Shown: piece by piece, positions 1-11,396 of the stretch
Layout of the letters: every line of letters begins with the position of its first letter
How positions within the stretch are numbered: the stretch's first letter is position 1
NCBI GenBank assembly: GCA_964658305.1
Contig: OZ210885.1
Span: 7,874,001 to 7,938,000, forward strand
Source: Leptogorgia sarmentosa
Lineage: Eukaryota
Reading direction: 5' to 3'
Length of the DNA: 64,000 nucleotides
Translations under genes and position numbers: made by a program
The notes under the pieces: generated by a model
What the model saw: the letters and a program-made list of their open reading frames with translations, nothing else
What the model was told of the DNA's origin: nothing
Database searches by the model: none

Positions 1-807
1 GCCAATGTTCGCTCGTGTTCTTTTAGGATAAAATTTGTAAATATCTTTATAACTTTTGCTTTTAAAAATATAAACTTAATTATACTCTGAAATTGAATCG
101 TCAATAGATTAAATGCGGCTACGCCGACGCAATTTTCGCTTTCGTAAACGGTCGTTGCCTTCCAAAACGGTCGATGCCTTCACTGCTCGCTTTTTGCCTA
201 GTTTATATGACAAATTTAAAAATTTTAAATGCGCTTAATCGCAACCCAAACCCTAAAATATTAACCCTAACCATAAAAATCGGAAAAATATTGAGAAAAA
301 GAAGATTTAAGTTGAAATCACTAACGCGAAATAAGTGTCGAGCCGGGGCTTGAACTATAAATCTACGAAGTGCTTAACCGTCTATAGTGGAAATGCATCA
401 TGTAACATTTAAAATGCGAGGAGGGAAGGCAACGACCGTTTGCGAAAGGGAAATAAGCTACGGGCACCTTGAGTCTTAAAGCGTACATCTTGTGTACAGC
501 TTCTTAAAATCTTTAAAAATATCGGCTCTTCATGATAGTCCGCCATGTTTATGAGATCAGTGATGACCATTGACCCCATTCGACGATAGCGCAAATCGGC
601 GGCCAAACAGAGGAACTTCAGACTCTGCATGCTGTCCTTTACCCGCGTGTAAATATAGCCGTGCGGAGTTATTACCCGCGCCCCAGGCTTAATGCGTGGA
701 CATAACGGGGATAAACTAAATTAGCACTAGGGGTCTCTTTTGAGAACGGTTTTCTTGTTACATCGTGACAATGAGTATTATATAAACCCTGGGAAATGTG
801 CACATAC

Positions 808-1145
808 TGTATTTGCTTTTATCCAGTCTTGCGCGGAGCGGATATCAGGGAACGTCATTTCTCCACCAATGTCTTTTATGAGGAGGTTAATTAGCGCTAG
901 ACAGTCTGGAGTTTCCCCAATGTCAAGCCATATTACCTGACGAGATTCTTTCGCAGCCCAAGCAACGGCCAGAGCTAAGATGGTCTTACCCAGACCCCCC
1001 ATACCACGGATACCAACGACGTCGCCCCCACGTCTCCCAACCACACCAACTCTATTATTTCCATCCGCAAGTAACCTTAATATCTCGTTCACTTCTGATG
1101 GTCTCTCCACCATGTCACGAGGTAGACTGCGCAATCCATGGGCAA
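808..1145 (-). CDS. Exon encoding the N-terminal part of an NB-ARC (AP-ATPase/STAND) NTPase domain; gene continues off the left edge
   Basis: Translation VAHGLRSLPRDMVERPSEV...VVGIRGMGGLGKTILALAVAW...VIWLDIGETP contains Walker A GMGGLGKT and an RNBS-A-like 'VIWLDIG'. Acceptor ttttatgtgttAG (phase 1) and donor GTATGT at 807 (phase 0). Walker B is not in the window. Confidence 0.9.
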
Positions 1146-2288
1146 CTAACACATAAAATAAGAATTGATGCTGTATTAGCAGACCCACTTTTGTGTGCGT
1201 AACGAATGGACAATTAATTGCTTGCGATGCGTAGCATAGCAAGCTTTAAATTCGGCATTTTTTTTATTATTTATTTTTTTTTTAATCGTGTTGTAGACAG
1301 CAGTCTCCCGCTCGGCCAACCGCTAAAACTACCAGCAACTCATTATTATTCAGTTTTAAACGACCAAGGACACTCGCGATTGCGTCCCCGATTTTCTGGA
1401 GGGTATTCTCCCCCTGGATCATTAGTATTCAAGCCTGTCATTTCGTCACTCTCCGGAGTCTTGCAATTACGTCACACTAAAACATTTAACTATTATTCAA
1501 TAGTTAATAGTGTCACTACCTATATATTCAAATTACTATTGTCTTGAGCATAAATTGTGGGACCCATTTATTTAGTAAACCTAGGCGTGATTTAATACGC
1601 ATGCGTGGTGGATCATTCGTTTTACAGCAAAGTTGAACCACAAATTACAACTCAAATTTTTGCCGTTTACCAATATTTCATCTTTTGCAAAGTGCCATTC
1701 CACTGTTTAAAGTTTAGGCTGTTTGATCGTCACAACGATTTTGATGTCCGATCCAAACTATCTAAATGTCGAATAGTAAACCGTAGGTATGTTGATGTAG
1801 TTGATATTTCAGGTGTCAATACGTGTACAACTTTCAAATGAGATGTGAATTTGTTTGCCGTTTGCGATTTATAGCTTGCCGTAAATGTCACTGGGCTAAC
1901 TGTTAACCAAATGTAAAGCAAGAGCAGCTGTAAGAACTTTCAATAAAATGTCTTGGCCAAAAGCAAGGGATTACTATATATCAAGAGAGATACAAAATAT
2001 TAGCCAAAATAATCTGGCTAGTAAGTCGAACCAAACAAATACTGAACTTGCTTGCCGTCTTCTGTCGATTTAGCGCTGGGTAATTAAATAATTAAGCTTT
2101 TGGCCATCAAATATTACTTGATCTACCCAACTACAACGTCAGAATGATATCTTATGTAGCGCTTGTGTACTAAATAAACGAAGTTGTTGATCATTTCAGT
2201 ATAATGTAAACAAATACATTATTATTTCGTGTCGAGCGTGTATGAATAAATTATCTAACAAGACAAAGGTAAAAACGGGGCACGTCAT

Positions 2289-2671
2289 GGGTTTTACTAC
2301 ATCCCAGGCGTTCTTTGCCGGCGCCCGCGATTAGCATAAAATTAGACAGCGGTTCAACAAGAAAGCATCACAGCTTTGCATTGCTGATTTCTCGATAGGT
2401 TAGGGTCAGATTACGGGCTGGGTTTGGGGTTATTAATAAATAACCCCAACCCGGCCCGTAGTCTGACCCTAACCTATTTCTTGACAGGTTAGGGTCAGAT
2501 TACGGGCCGGGTTGGGGTCATTAATAAATAACCCCAACCCGGCCCGTAATCTGACCCTAACCTATCGAGAAATCAGCAATGCTAAGCTGTGATGCTTTCT
2601 TGTTGAACCGCTGTCTAATTTTATGCTAATCGCGGGCGCCGGCAAAGAACGCCCGGGATGTAGTAAAACCC
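2289..2671. mobile_element. Foldback/Mutator-like MITE, almost entirely palindromic
   Basis: Ends GGGTTTTACTACATCCC...GGGATGTAGTAAAACCC with long near-perfect inverted arms. 9-bp direct repeat GCACGTCAT at 2280-2288 and 2672-2680. Confidence 0.85.
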
Positions 2672-3005
2672 GCACGTCATAGTGTCACGTAATGTACCAA
2701 CTTCTTTCGTCTAGAACTCAGGCCGATCAGTTCGCTCTTGTGTCAAGTTAAATGCAATTCAAATAATGGATTATTAGACGAGTAAGTCACGAGTTGACTG
2801 TTTATTTTTTGTTTGAAATGCATTTGATTCGACAAAACTTTGACGTCTAAACTTGAGCCTCATATTTAGTTGCACAGTTGTGTAGTACATACAGGATCTT
2901 TGACGATCAACACTGACTGTAACCGCATCGCAAGCTAACGCCAGAGCGGGCGTCTTGTTACATATATTAGCTGGCAGACCCATTTGCTAACGCTGTGTCG
3001 TGTAA

Positions 3006-3176
3006 CAGGCTGTCCCAAAAAAACGCTACCATTGAAAATAATCTATTGTTGGAATTACAATGCCTCGCACTATAAGTTTAGCCCAAGGGTGCATAAATTA
3101 TTGAAAATTTCTTAGTAGCTACTAAAATTGTTGTTATAGATTATTCTCAATGATGGCGATTTATTGGGGGAGCCTG
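3006..3176. mobile_element. Degenerate Tc1/mariner-type MITE
   Basis: Imperfect inverted ends CAGGCTGTCCCAAAAAAA / TTATTGGGGGAGCCTG, with TA on the right flank. Confidence 0.45.
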
Positions 3177-3802
3177 TATATATTTAAAAGCCGTTGCGTT
3201 TAAAAATGCGCATTCTCTTACTTTTTAGCTAAATTCATGCACATTCTCTGTTATTGTCTCAAACTGGCTACTTTTTCCTAATATCATATAGAGGGTAAAT
3301 TTAATAAAACCTGATGAATGACTAATGAAGAGGACATTTTTTCCTCATTCAGGGCAAAATTACTTCACCCTGATTGGCTAAATCTTCAGAATTTTTCACG
3401 TATGGCTTCCTCGCATTATTTGCCGCGTGTGAAATCGTCAAATTAAAATAGTTTAATAAATATTAAAGAAAATTCTGTTATCTGCCTGTGCCAAAACACT
3501 GCATGCGAAGTCTCTTGGATTGCATACACGCCATTTTCCCAACTTTTTGCGTTGTACACCTGTGCCAATTTAGAAACGTTAAACTGGAGAATATTACGCA
3601 TGCAAACTATCTTACTGATGGACCAAATATTGACTGAATGCTAAAATACTAAACGTCTAACTGATATACCTATATAACTGCTTAATTCATACATAAAGTT
3701 AAGTGGCTTCTCAACAGATCCGAATATACTCCTACAATTACTCTCGCTGGCTAATTTGTGGCGCGTAATCACATTGTAATATTTTTGTCAACAATTTGAT
3801 AC

Positions 3803-4772
3803 CTTTTGGTGGCGAATAATTTCTTTGTTTCTCATGATGACTCTCCGTCTTGTTGACATTTTGCTGTAAACATTTAATTTCATAGAAAGTACTCTCAATT
3901 TTCTCCGCATGACTTTTAAGCTCCTTGGAATGATGTTCAAATTTTGCTGAGTGTTCTCCAAGTTGCTTTGAATGTTCTCCAAGTTCCTTCGACTGATGGT
4001 CCAGTTCCTTCGAGTGTTGTTCAAGTTCCTTCGACTGATGGTCCAGTTCCTTCGAGTGTTGTTCAAGTTCCTTCGACTGATGGTCCAGTTCCTTTGAGTG
4101 TTCTCCAAGTTCCTTCGATTGATGATCAAACTTTGCTGAGTGTTGGTCCAGTTCCTTTGAGTGTTCTCCTAGTTCCTTTGACTGATGTTCCAGTTCCTTC
4201 GAGTGTTCTCCAAGTTCCTTCGAGTGTTGTTCAAGTTCCTTCGACTGATGGTCCAGTTCCTTCGAGTGTTCTCCTAGTTCCTTTGACTGATGGTCCAGTT
4301 CCTTTGAGTGTTCTCCAAGTTCCTTTGAATGATGATCAAATTTTGCCGAGTGTTGGTCCAGTTCCTTTGAGTGTTCTCCAAGTTCCTTTGACTGATGATC
4401 AAATTTTGCCGAGTGTTGTTCAAGTTCCTTTGAGTGTTCCCCAAGTTCCTTCGACTGATGATCAAATTTTGCTGAATGTTGGTCCAGTTCCTTTGAATGT
4501 TCTCCAAGTTCCTTCGACTGATGGTCCAGTTCCTTTGAGTGTTGTTCAAGTTCCTTCGACTGATGATCAAATTTTTGCGAGTGTTGTTCCAGTTCCTTTG
4601 AGTGTTCTCCAAGTTCCTTTGACTGATGATCAAATTTTGCCGAGTGTTGTTCAAGTTCCTTTGAGTGATGGACAAGTTTTTCCGAGTTTTTCGCGACACA
4701 TTTTTCAACTTTTTCAATTCTGCAGACCAGTTTTGACTGGATGTTGTCAAGTTTCTCTACCACGGCATTCAT
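3803..4772 (-). CDS. Exon encoding a long His-rich heptad coiled coil, spliced in frame to the NB-ARC exon
   Basis: ORF 3738-4772 carries (H/Q)S(K/A)(E/K)(L/F)xx heptads. Donor AAAG|GTATCA at 3803/3802 is phase 1, matching the phase-1 acceptor at 1145 (join ...YSPPK-V-AHGLR). Candidate acceptors open exons at 4794 and 4772. Confidence 0.8.
3891..4667 (-). repeat. Coding minisatellite, 21-bp unit, about 37 copies
   Basis: Counted from the translation: HSKELEQ / HSAKFDH / QSKELGE / HSKELDH variants in tandem. Confidence 0.95.
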
Positions 4773-5484
4773 CTGCAGAGATACAAGTAAACACCTATAA
4801 ATATTTCAATTCATATTAAATTTTCATGAATAAACATTAAAGATTAAAATATCTGCAGAGATACAAATGATGCTTTATTCAGAGAACAATACATGTATGA
4901 ATGTGCGATATTCTCTGGTCAGCATTAGAAATGAAATTATATTTCGAAGCATCATGCAATATTCTTTTTAGAAATATTGCCCTATTGTCCCACAATGTGC
5001 TCCAAAAATGCGACCAAAGTAGCCGGAAGAACTTCGTGCAGCCGTCGTGAAGGAAGACGTATACTTGATGAGCTCGAAAAGAAGTCGATGATTCATAAAG
5101 GTAAATGTAGGCAGGGTGCATGATAATGGACACTGTTAAGTCTCAGAGATATTTAGCTATCACATCTTAAATTGCCATAAAAAGAAGCAGAAAGTTCTAT
5201 AATTAAACAATTTATATGCTTTTGGAACTTATTGATCGATTATAAAGCAAATTCAACAGTTACGGGATAAAAATAAATATAAAACGGGCCATATGTCGAC
5301 AAAATTTACATTCATTTTCGCGGAAGTATTATAGCCAAAGCGTTAGCATAAAAAAGGATTTCAAATTTCAAATTTCTCTTTACTTTTAAAGATTCAAGTT
5401 TCGTTATACTTCATTTCGGATTCATATTCGAAAGGCATGGCATAAGCGTTGCCGCCATTAGATTTTTGTTCTTTAGGATGCCGT

Positions 5485-5612
5485 AGGCCTAGTTCAGACG
5501 TCGTACATTTCATGTGCCAAACCTAATGTTAACGAGCTAAGTTCTTTGTTTGAGTTCAATTGGATTGGGCTCGGCACATGAAAAGTTCGACGTCTCAAGT
5601 TTCAACTGGCCT
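5485..5612. mobile_element. PIF/Harbinger-type MITE (degenerate)
   Basis: AGGCCTAGTTCAGACGTCG...CGACGTCT...AACTGGCCT inverted ends plus internal inverted CATGTGCC/GGCACATG. Confidence 0.45.
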
Positions 5613-5877
5613 TATTCCACAGACACCAAAGAATATGCTCAGTTTGGATTCGTATTGAATAAAACAATGTTCCTGTAGTTATAAAGCAGTGACTTGTAAA
5701 ATACTGCATGGCATAATTTCAACAAATAAACTACATGACCTCATGCATAAACACGTCAGAAGGGTAGATACGTACTTACAATTCTGGGCTAAGTAGTAAA
5801 AGCAGGAATCTTTGAAAACGAATGAACGTTGCCGTCCCGACCAGCAGAACCTGAATTCCATGCAAGATAACCTTTCG

Positions 5878-5885
5878 TGACGTCA
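5878..5885. promoter_or_regulatory. Perfect CRE/ATF palindrome TGACGTCA, about 100 bp upstream (minus strand) of a consensus donor GTAAGT at 5779-5774
   Basis: Sequence match only; a promoter role is inference. Confidence 0.3.
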
Positions 5886-7335
5886 TTATTCATAAGGTCT
5901 ACTGAAATTTGATATGCATGTCTGCTAGTTCTTAAACATTTCAGAGAATTGTAGTTCAACTTTGGAACATCAATAGTAATTTTGCAAGGAAAAGTAATTG
6001 TTATCTACCAAAATTTAGGTTTATCTCTTGCCTATGAGAATGCCTCAATTGTTTTGCTTAATGGGGTGCATGTCATAGGGCTAGTTTTTTCCTAAAAGAG
6101 TATTTATATTAGTATTTATCAATAATTTATATGTAGTGTGTTTTATTTATCGCTACACGCTTCGTTCTAAGTATTCTGTTGCAAACGTCTCCCCCAAAAA
6201 AGTATGCAGATGTTTGACTTGTAACGTGCAACGGGTAAAGTAAAACTCATAAAAACAGCATTGTCGAAAAAAAACACAGATTGCGTTTCCACGCTGAAAA
6301 TTTGCACTCGCTCGCATTTGAAACATTTCTTATTAATTTGAACAGCGTCTTCCTACTTCTTAAAGGACTGTTAAATGAAACATCAAAAGTTCCTCAAACC
6401 TTTGTGGCGTCCAAATCGCAGTTTTTTATACAACGGCAAAGTTCAGCGACACTTTCTGCAATTAGTTTTGCGTGACGACCGTCAACAAGAATGTCTGGAA
6501 ATAATGAAGAAAATTTATCTTGAGTATCACAAACACTATAAATATATCGCTGCTAATGCGCGTAGCACGAAGGATACATGAAAAAGCATGCCCTGCTGTC
6601 CATACAAGCTATTTGATAAGCATGGTCTGCTGTCGCTATTAGCAAACTTCAATATGCGGCCAGTGTAGTGGATAGGGGATAACAACATCAGCAAGCAGTA
6701 CATGTCCTACCCACTACCTAAACAATGCAACCTCCTAGGTTGGACGTTTTGAGTAAAGTAGACTTTTTGCATAATAGGCAATTTTTAAAAATTTCGAAAT
6801 AGTACAATTCAGAGCAACAGCGTTAAAGAGCATCCCAAACTGTAAAGGTTGGTTGAGAAAATGTTGTAAAATGCGAAAAATATGACCCTGTAATGTTTTC
6901 AAATTTTGTATATTTTAGTATTAGTCTATCAATTTTGAGTGCCTAATACTAAAATGAAAAAATTGGCAAAATTGCGTTAAACATTCCTTTTATTCGATAA
7001 ATACTGTATATGATTTTGAATACAGTATTAAAGGATTTAACTTTTGCACTTATATGAAGATCTAAAAATAAATCACTGTCACCAATTAAACACTAGATTT
7101 CTACATAAAGTTTCAAAGTAGCTACACTATCGCAGAATTCCAACGATTGATTGTACTGAGAATTGCATTGAATTGTATAATATGGTAATATAGGAATCAA
7201 ATTGGATAATAATAATAATAAATGAATAAGAGAGTTTGAATAAGGGGGTTTTCCTACAGGAAATAAAAAATGATCTACGCAAAACATATTTAAAGGCATG
7301 ATGAGATTCCGGCAGTAATGCTAATAATACAATAC

Positions 7336-7921
7336 CTGTTTTATTCCAGAAATCTAGTTCATCACAAATCCTTTTTTCGTCAGCTGTTGGTAAATTTAAC
7401 AATTTGACCAAAGATTCCATTGCTTGAAACGAATCATTGAACATATGTAGTGTCCATTCAGAGATGTTACAATGAGCCCATGGGTTTCTGATGTCCGACC
7501 GAACTTTGTTTGCTTCAGCTGCAGCGCCAGAAGATACAAAAGGAGCTGCCTTGCCGATAATAGTCAAAAGTGCTGACATATCCATGGACTCATCAAATCC
7601 AGTGAAATGTGCCATAAAGTCCGTGACGAATAGTTTCGCCAACGAGACAGGATCTTTAACAGCATAATCATAAGCTGATTTAGTACGCTTGTGGATAATG
7701 TTATTGTTAATGTTTTGATATTGTAGGTTATGGGTGGAAGGGGGTAATTTCTTCCTTTTGTATGCTGCGAAATCTTGCTTGTGAATTTCATCAGGTGGTT
7801 GGCATAAAGAATGATACCATTTACCAAGTTCAGTGTCGACAACTCTCCTCAATGCAGGTGCAAGAACTTTGGTAAAGGCAATGCCAACTAAAACCCAATG
7901 TTGTTCTTCCTCTGATATCAT
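7336..7921 (-). CDS. Exon encoding a HEPN-like (DZIP3/Swt1-type) putative RNase domain
   Basis: Helical-looking 195-aa segment with 'DMSALLTII' followed by 'VRSDIRNPWAHC' (R-N-x3-H at 7472-7489), the usual HEPN catalytic layout. Acceptor tttacttcatAG lies 7 nt before the ATG; donor ACAG|GTATTG at 7336/7335 (phase 1). Confidence 0.75.
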
Positions 7922-9660
7922 TATCGTTCTATGAAGTAAACATAAAATAATGGTGTTACAATTTTAGCTACCAAAGCACAAAGCTTTTATAAACATTACA
8001 GACATAATTACTTTCTGACATTTTAATGTTTTACAAATTTGTGAAAGTAGAAGCTTCTTTGAAAAGACTGGTATGTCCTTTGAAAATACTGTATGAGTAA
8101 CCCAGTTTTGAAAAATCAGACAAGCAAGATTTATACAATTTGTAAGACGAGTGGAAAGTATTGACCACTCAACGCTGTCTGCAAATATTCGGCTTCGTTG
8201 CTTCGCAGTTTGTTCCGTATTTCGAGAGCATATTATGGATAGTTGCAAACTGACGACGATCAAATATATTTCTTTCGTTATTTGTGTCATTCAAGATGTG
8301 CCACTTTAAATTATATAATAATCGCTTTAAAGTCACTTAGATCATAGACAAATCAGTGGCGTAACCGAGGGGTGTCAGGGTGTCCAGTGACAGGGGGCCC
8401 CCGAACTTTAGGGCCCCCCGACAAAATGAACATAAAAAATTGATAGCACATTTCTGGGGAATTCAAATACGAAAAACAGACAGATAGGCAGGTGCCGGTG
8501 GAGTTGCCTATTAATTGGGACTTATGGTGTATCCTTTACCTGTTCTTTGGAAGAGAGAAGCGAAATTCATTAAATTCAAATTCGGGTTCGAGTCTATTCT
8601 GTAACAAAGTGAGGTTTGTCGTTGTGACAATCGTCTATGCTCAGATTTAAGTAAGACATTGTATTTTTTACACATAATGTCCATCCGGAAATATGCATAT
8701 GTATATCTATACATAGCCTACAGATATAGGGAATAATGAATTTATTAATAAACGTCGCACCTTCGCAACTACAGTGCGGCGGTTAATCGAGGATAAAAGA
8801 GAACTCACGCAGGGACGTTTTTAACAACACGGTTGTCAATGTGACGATGATGTGAAGGAAATTGATATTCTATTCTGAACAGTTTTTGTTCATTCGTTAG
8901 GTTTTTGGGCAATAAAAATTACGAGCATTTACGGTACTTCCATGCTATCAGTCAAATATTCTTAATCTTGCAATAATTAAAAATGAAAGTTTTATGTTAT
9001 GAGATGTATCCATGACCTTTTACTGATAGAAATGTTGCTGAAAATATAACATAGTTTTTAATGAAATTTGTAAACAAAATTGCGCGAGGGTACACACTAC
9101 CAGTATTGAAGTTTGCTTTCGTATGAATTTAAAGGCCTTGTCGAAATCCAATCATAATTAAGAGCAGGAAATTTGCAATACAGACTGTAAGTTGTCAAAT
9201 TACAATGCAATTAAGGTCCGTCTGCGTGTTGTTTGACTCTCTGGTCATTGCATGTTCAAGTCTGAATAAGCTCAGTTCAATTTAGGATTTTCAGTAAATC
9301 GTGCCACGTAGCGCTGTATTTCTAATGCACGACATGCCAATGACTGAACATTCGCCGGAGTCATACGTCTCCATGATATAATAACCCCAAGAATACACTG
9401 CAGATAGTAATGAAAAGCTTTTTATAGCATTCAAAAAATATAATTAATAATTCATGATCCCGACCTTTTCAGATCAAAATGTTTGAAATGATATCTAGTT
9501 TTAGGAGTATCTTGTCTGAAAAATTTAAGTCTACAACACTACAACATACAAACAAAAGCTTTTGCATGACGAACTGCTTAGATAAACTGAGGAGGGAGTT
9601 TATTATGTGCTCACGGAATCACAGATAAAGTAAGAGAAACATACTCCAAGTGCACGTTTA

Positions 9661-11396
9661 CACCTTTTCTTACTCATAAAGAGAAAACGAGCTACCGTTT
9701 GTATGAACCAGCAACGAATAAAACGTAGGCATATGCATGTGCACGGATTGAACATCAAATTGCATGCAACGAATATTCAATACAAAAATTTGAATATGCA
9801 TAATCATTCATTATCTTGCAAATATAGTCAATATCAAAAAATAAGCTTACAATAGCATGCATATGGGACCCATAGAAATCTAGAGAATAGACATCAGAGT
9901 CAAGAATGTAGTCATTATAATGAAAACGTTGTTTATTAACATTGTTAAACGCCAACAAGCGAACAATAAAAGGAATGTTTAATCATTACAATGGTCTTAA
10001 TTGCCAACTGTGTGCTTGTGATAACAATAGAACACATATCAAGTTCATTTAACACAAATATCTTTTCAAGAAAACACTAAATAATACTTGGGATATCACG
10101 AAGAAAATGTCATATTTCCGTTATCCCTGAATGGCCTCTCCGTTTAAGCAGCGTGGAATGTAGGTTTGCATGAAACGGTACCACTGCCCGCATTTCGCTG
10201 CAGTTATTGTACCTATATTTCGCTGTAGGGCATCCAAGAGAAGATGGGTGCGAAACTCTCCCAAAGGTAGATGTCGATTTCTTGCCGCGTCTCTATCACC
10301 CATCAATCGTTGAATTTCGGGGCGGGAAATGTCCGCTTTTATTGCTGCTTTAAGGGAGCTTATTGCTTGCTCTACAATGTTGAGGAAGGGACTGTATGGA
10401 GGGAGTTTTCGCAACTCGGTATTGGGAGCAGGGACAGGTGGATTGTTATGTGCTGGTGCGCCGTCATATATGAAGATGACTTCTTCATCAGGATCCAGAT
10501 TGAGGCGTGTCTGTGCAAGAAAATCAGCAAAGCGTTCACGATTCATTCCTCCTAGAAAGGCCGTGTGGAACACTAAGCCAGCATTAGCGGATACTGCTAA
10601 GCAAACGGTCATGTTTCTGCCGCCCCGAGGCAACTCATGGATTCGCCCTTCCCTGATAAAGCGAGCCACAATACCTCGTGCTGTTGACCTGTTAACTCCC
10701 AATGTATCTGCAACGAGTAAATAGTCTTCGTCTTCGTTCTCAAAGGCTTGTACAATTCGCTGTCTGTTTTCCTGTGTGATTCTATTACGCCTGAACATGT
10801 CGCACCTACACCTTGTACCAACTGTGCAGTCTACAGCCACACACAAACCACGCTTGTATTTATATATTTGTCTGGGACTGAATAATTTTTAATCAAAGTG
10901 CGGAGTCCTTTACGGAGTCCCTTTAGGTTTCTACACTGTGTGTCAAGAATATTACACCACATTTATGCCATATTATGTATTGTTTTCTTGAAAAGATATT
11001 TGTGTTAAATGAACTTGATATGTGTTCTATTGTTATCACAAGCACACAGTTGGCAATTAAGAACATTGTAATGATTAAACATTCCTTTTATTGTTCGCTT
11101 GTTGGCGTTTAACAATGTTAATAAACAACGTTTTCATTATAATGACTACATTCTTGACTCTGATGTCTATTCTCTAGATTTCTATGGGTCCCATATGCAT
11201 GCTATTGTAAGCTTATTTTTTGATATTGACTATATTTGCAAGATAATGAATGATTATGCATATTCAAATTTTTGTATTGAATATTCGTTGCATGCAATTT
11301 GATGTTCAATCCGTGCACATGCATATGCCTACGTTTTATTCGTTGCTGGTTCATACAAACGGTAGCTCGTTTTCTCTTTATGAGTAAGAAAAGGTG
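9661..11396 (-). mobile_element. IS630/Tc1/mariner element with 416-bp TIRs, internally deleted
   Basis: TIRs 9661-10076 and 10981-11396 (CACCTTTTCTTACTC...), nearly identical. TA on both flanks (9659-9660, 11397-11398). Confidence 0.95.
10121..10846 (-). pseudogene. IS630/Tc1-like transposase with in-frame internal deletion
   Basis: HTH 'VADTLGVNRSTARGIV' joined directly to 'MTVCLAVS...FIYDGAPAH...LPPYSPFLNIVE'. The region carrying the first catalytic Asp is missing. Confidence 0.85.

Noticed and set aside
808..1145. Bacterial contamination suggested by the prokaryote-like NB-ARC
   Set aside because: The segment is bounded by phase-compatible GT-AG introns and embedded among eukaryotic TEs and tRNAs.
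3788..4819. Long ORFs in other frames and on the opposite strand of the heptad repeat
   Set aside because: By-products of a stop-poor 21-bp repeat; only the HSKEL frame has a splice phase matching the NB-ARC exon.
4970..5100. Plus-strand exon-like stretch ending AAAG|GTAAAT
   Set aside because: No recognisable domain or partner exons, and it is on the wrong strand to bridge HEPN and heptad exons.
9755..11302. Two identical 67-aa ORFs
   Set aside because: They are the two TIR copies of the transposon and carry no protein motif.
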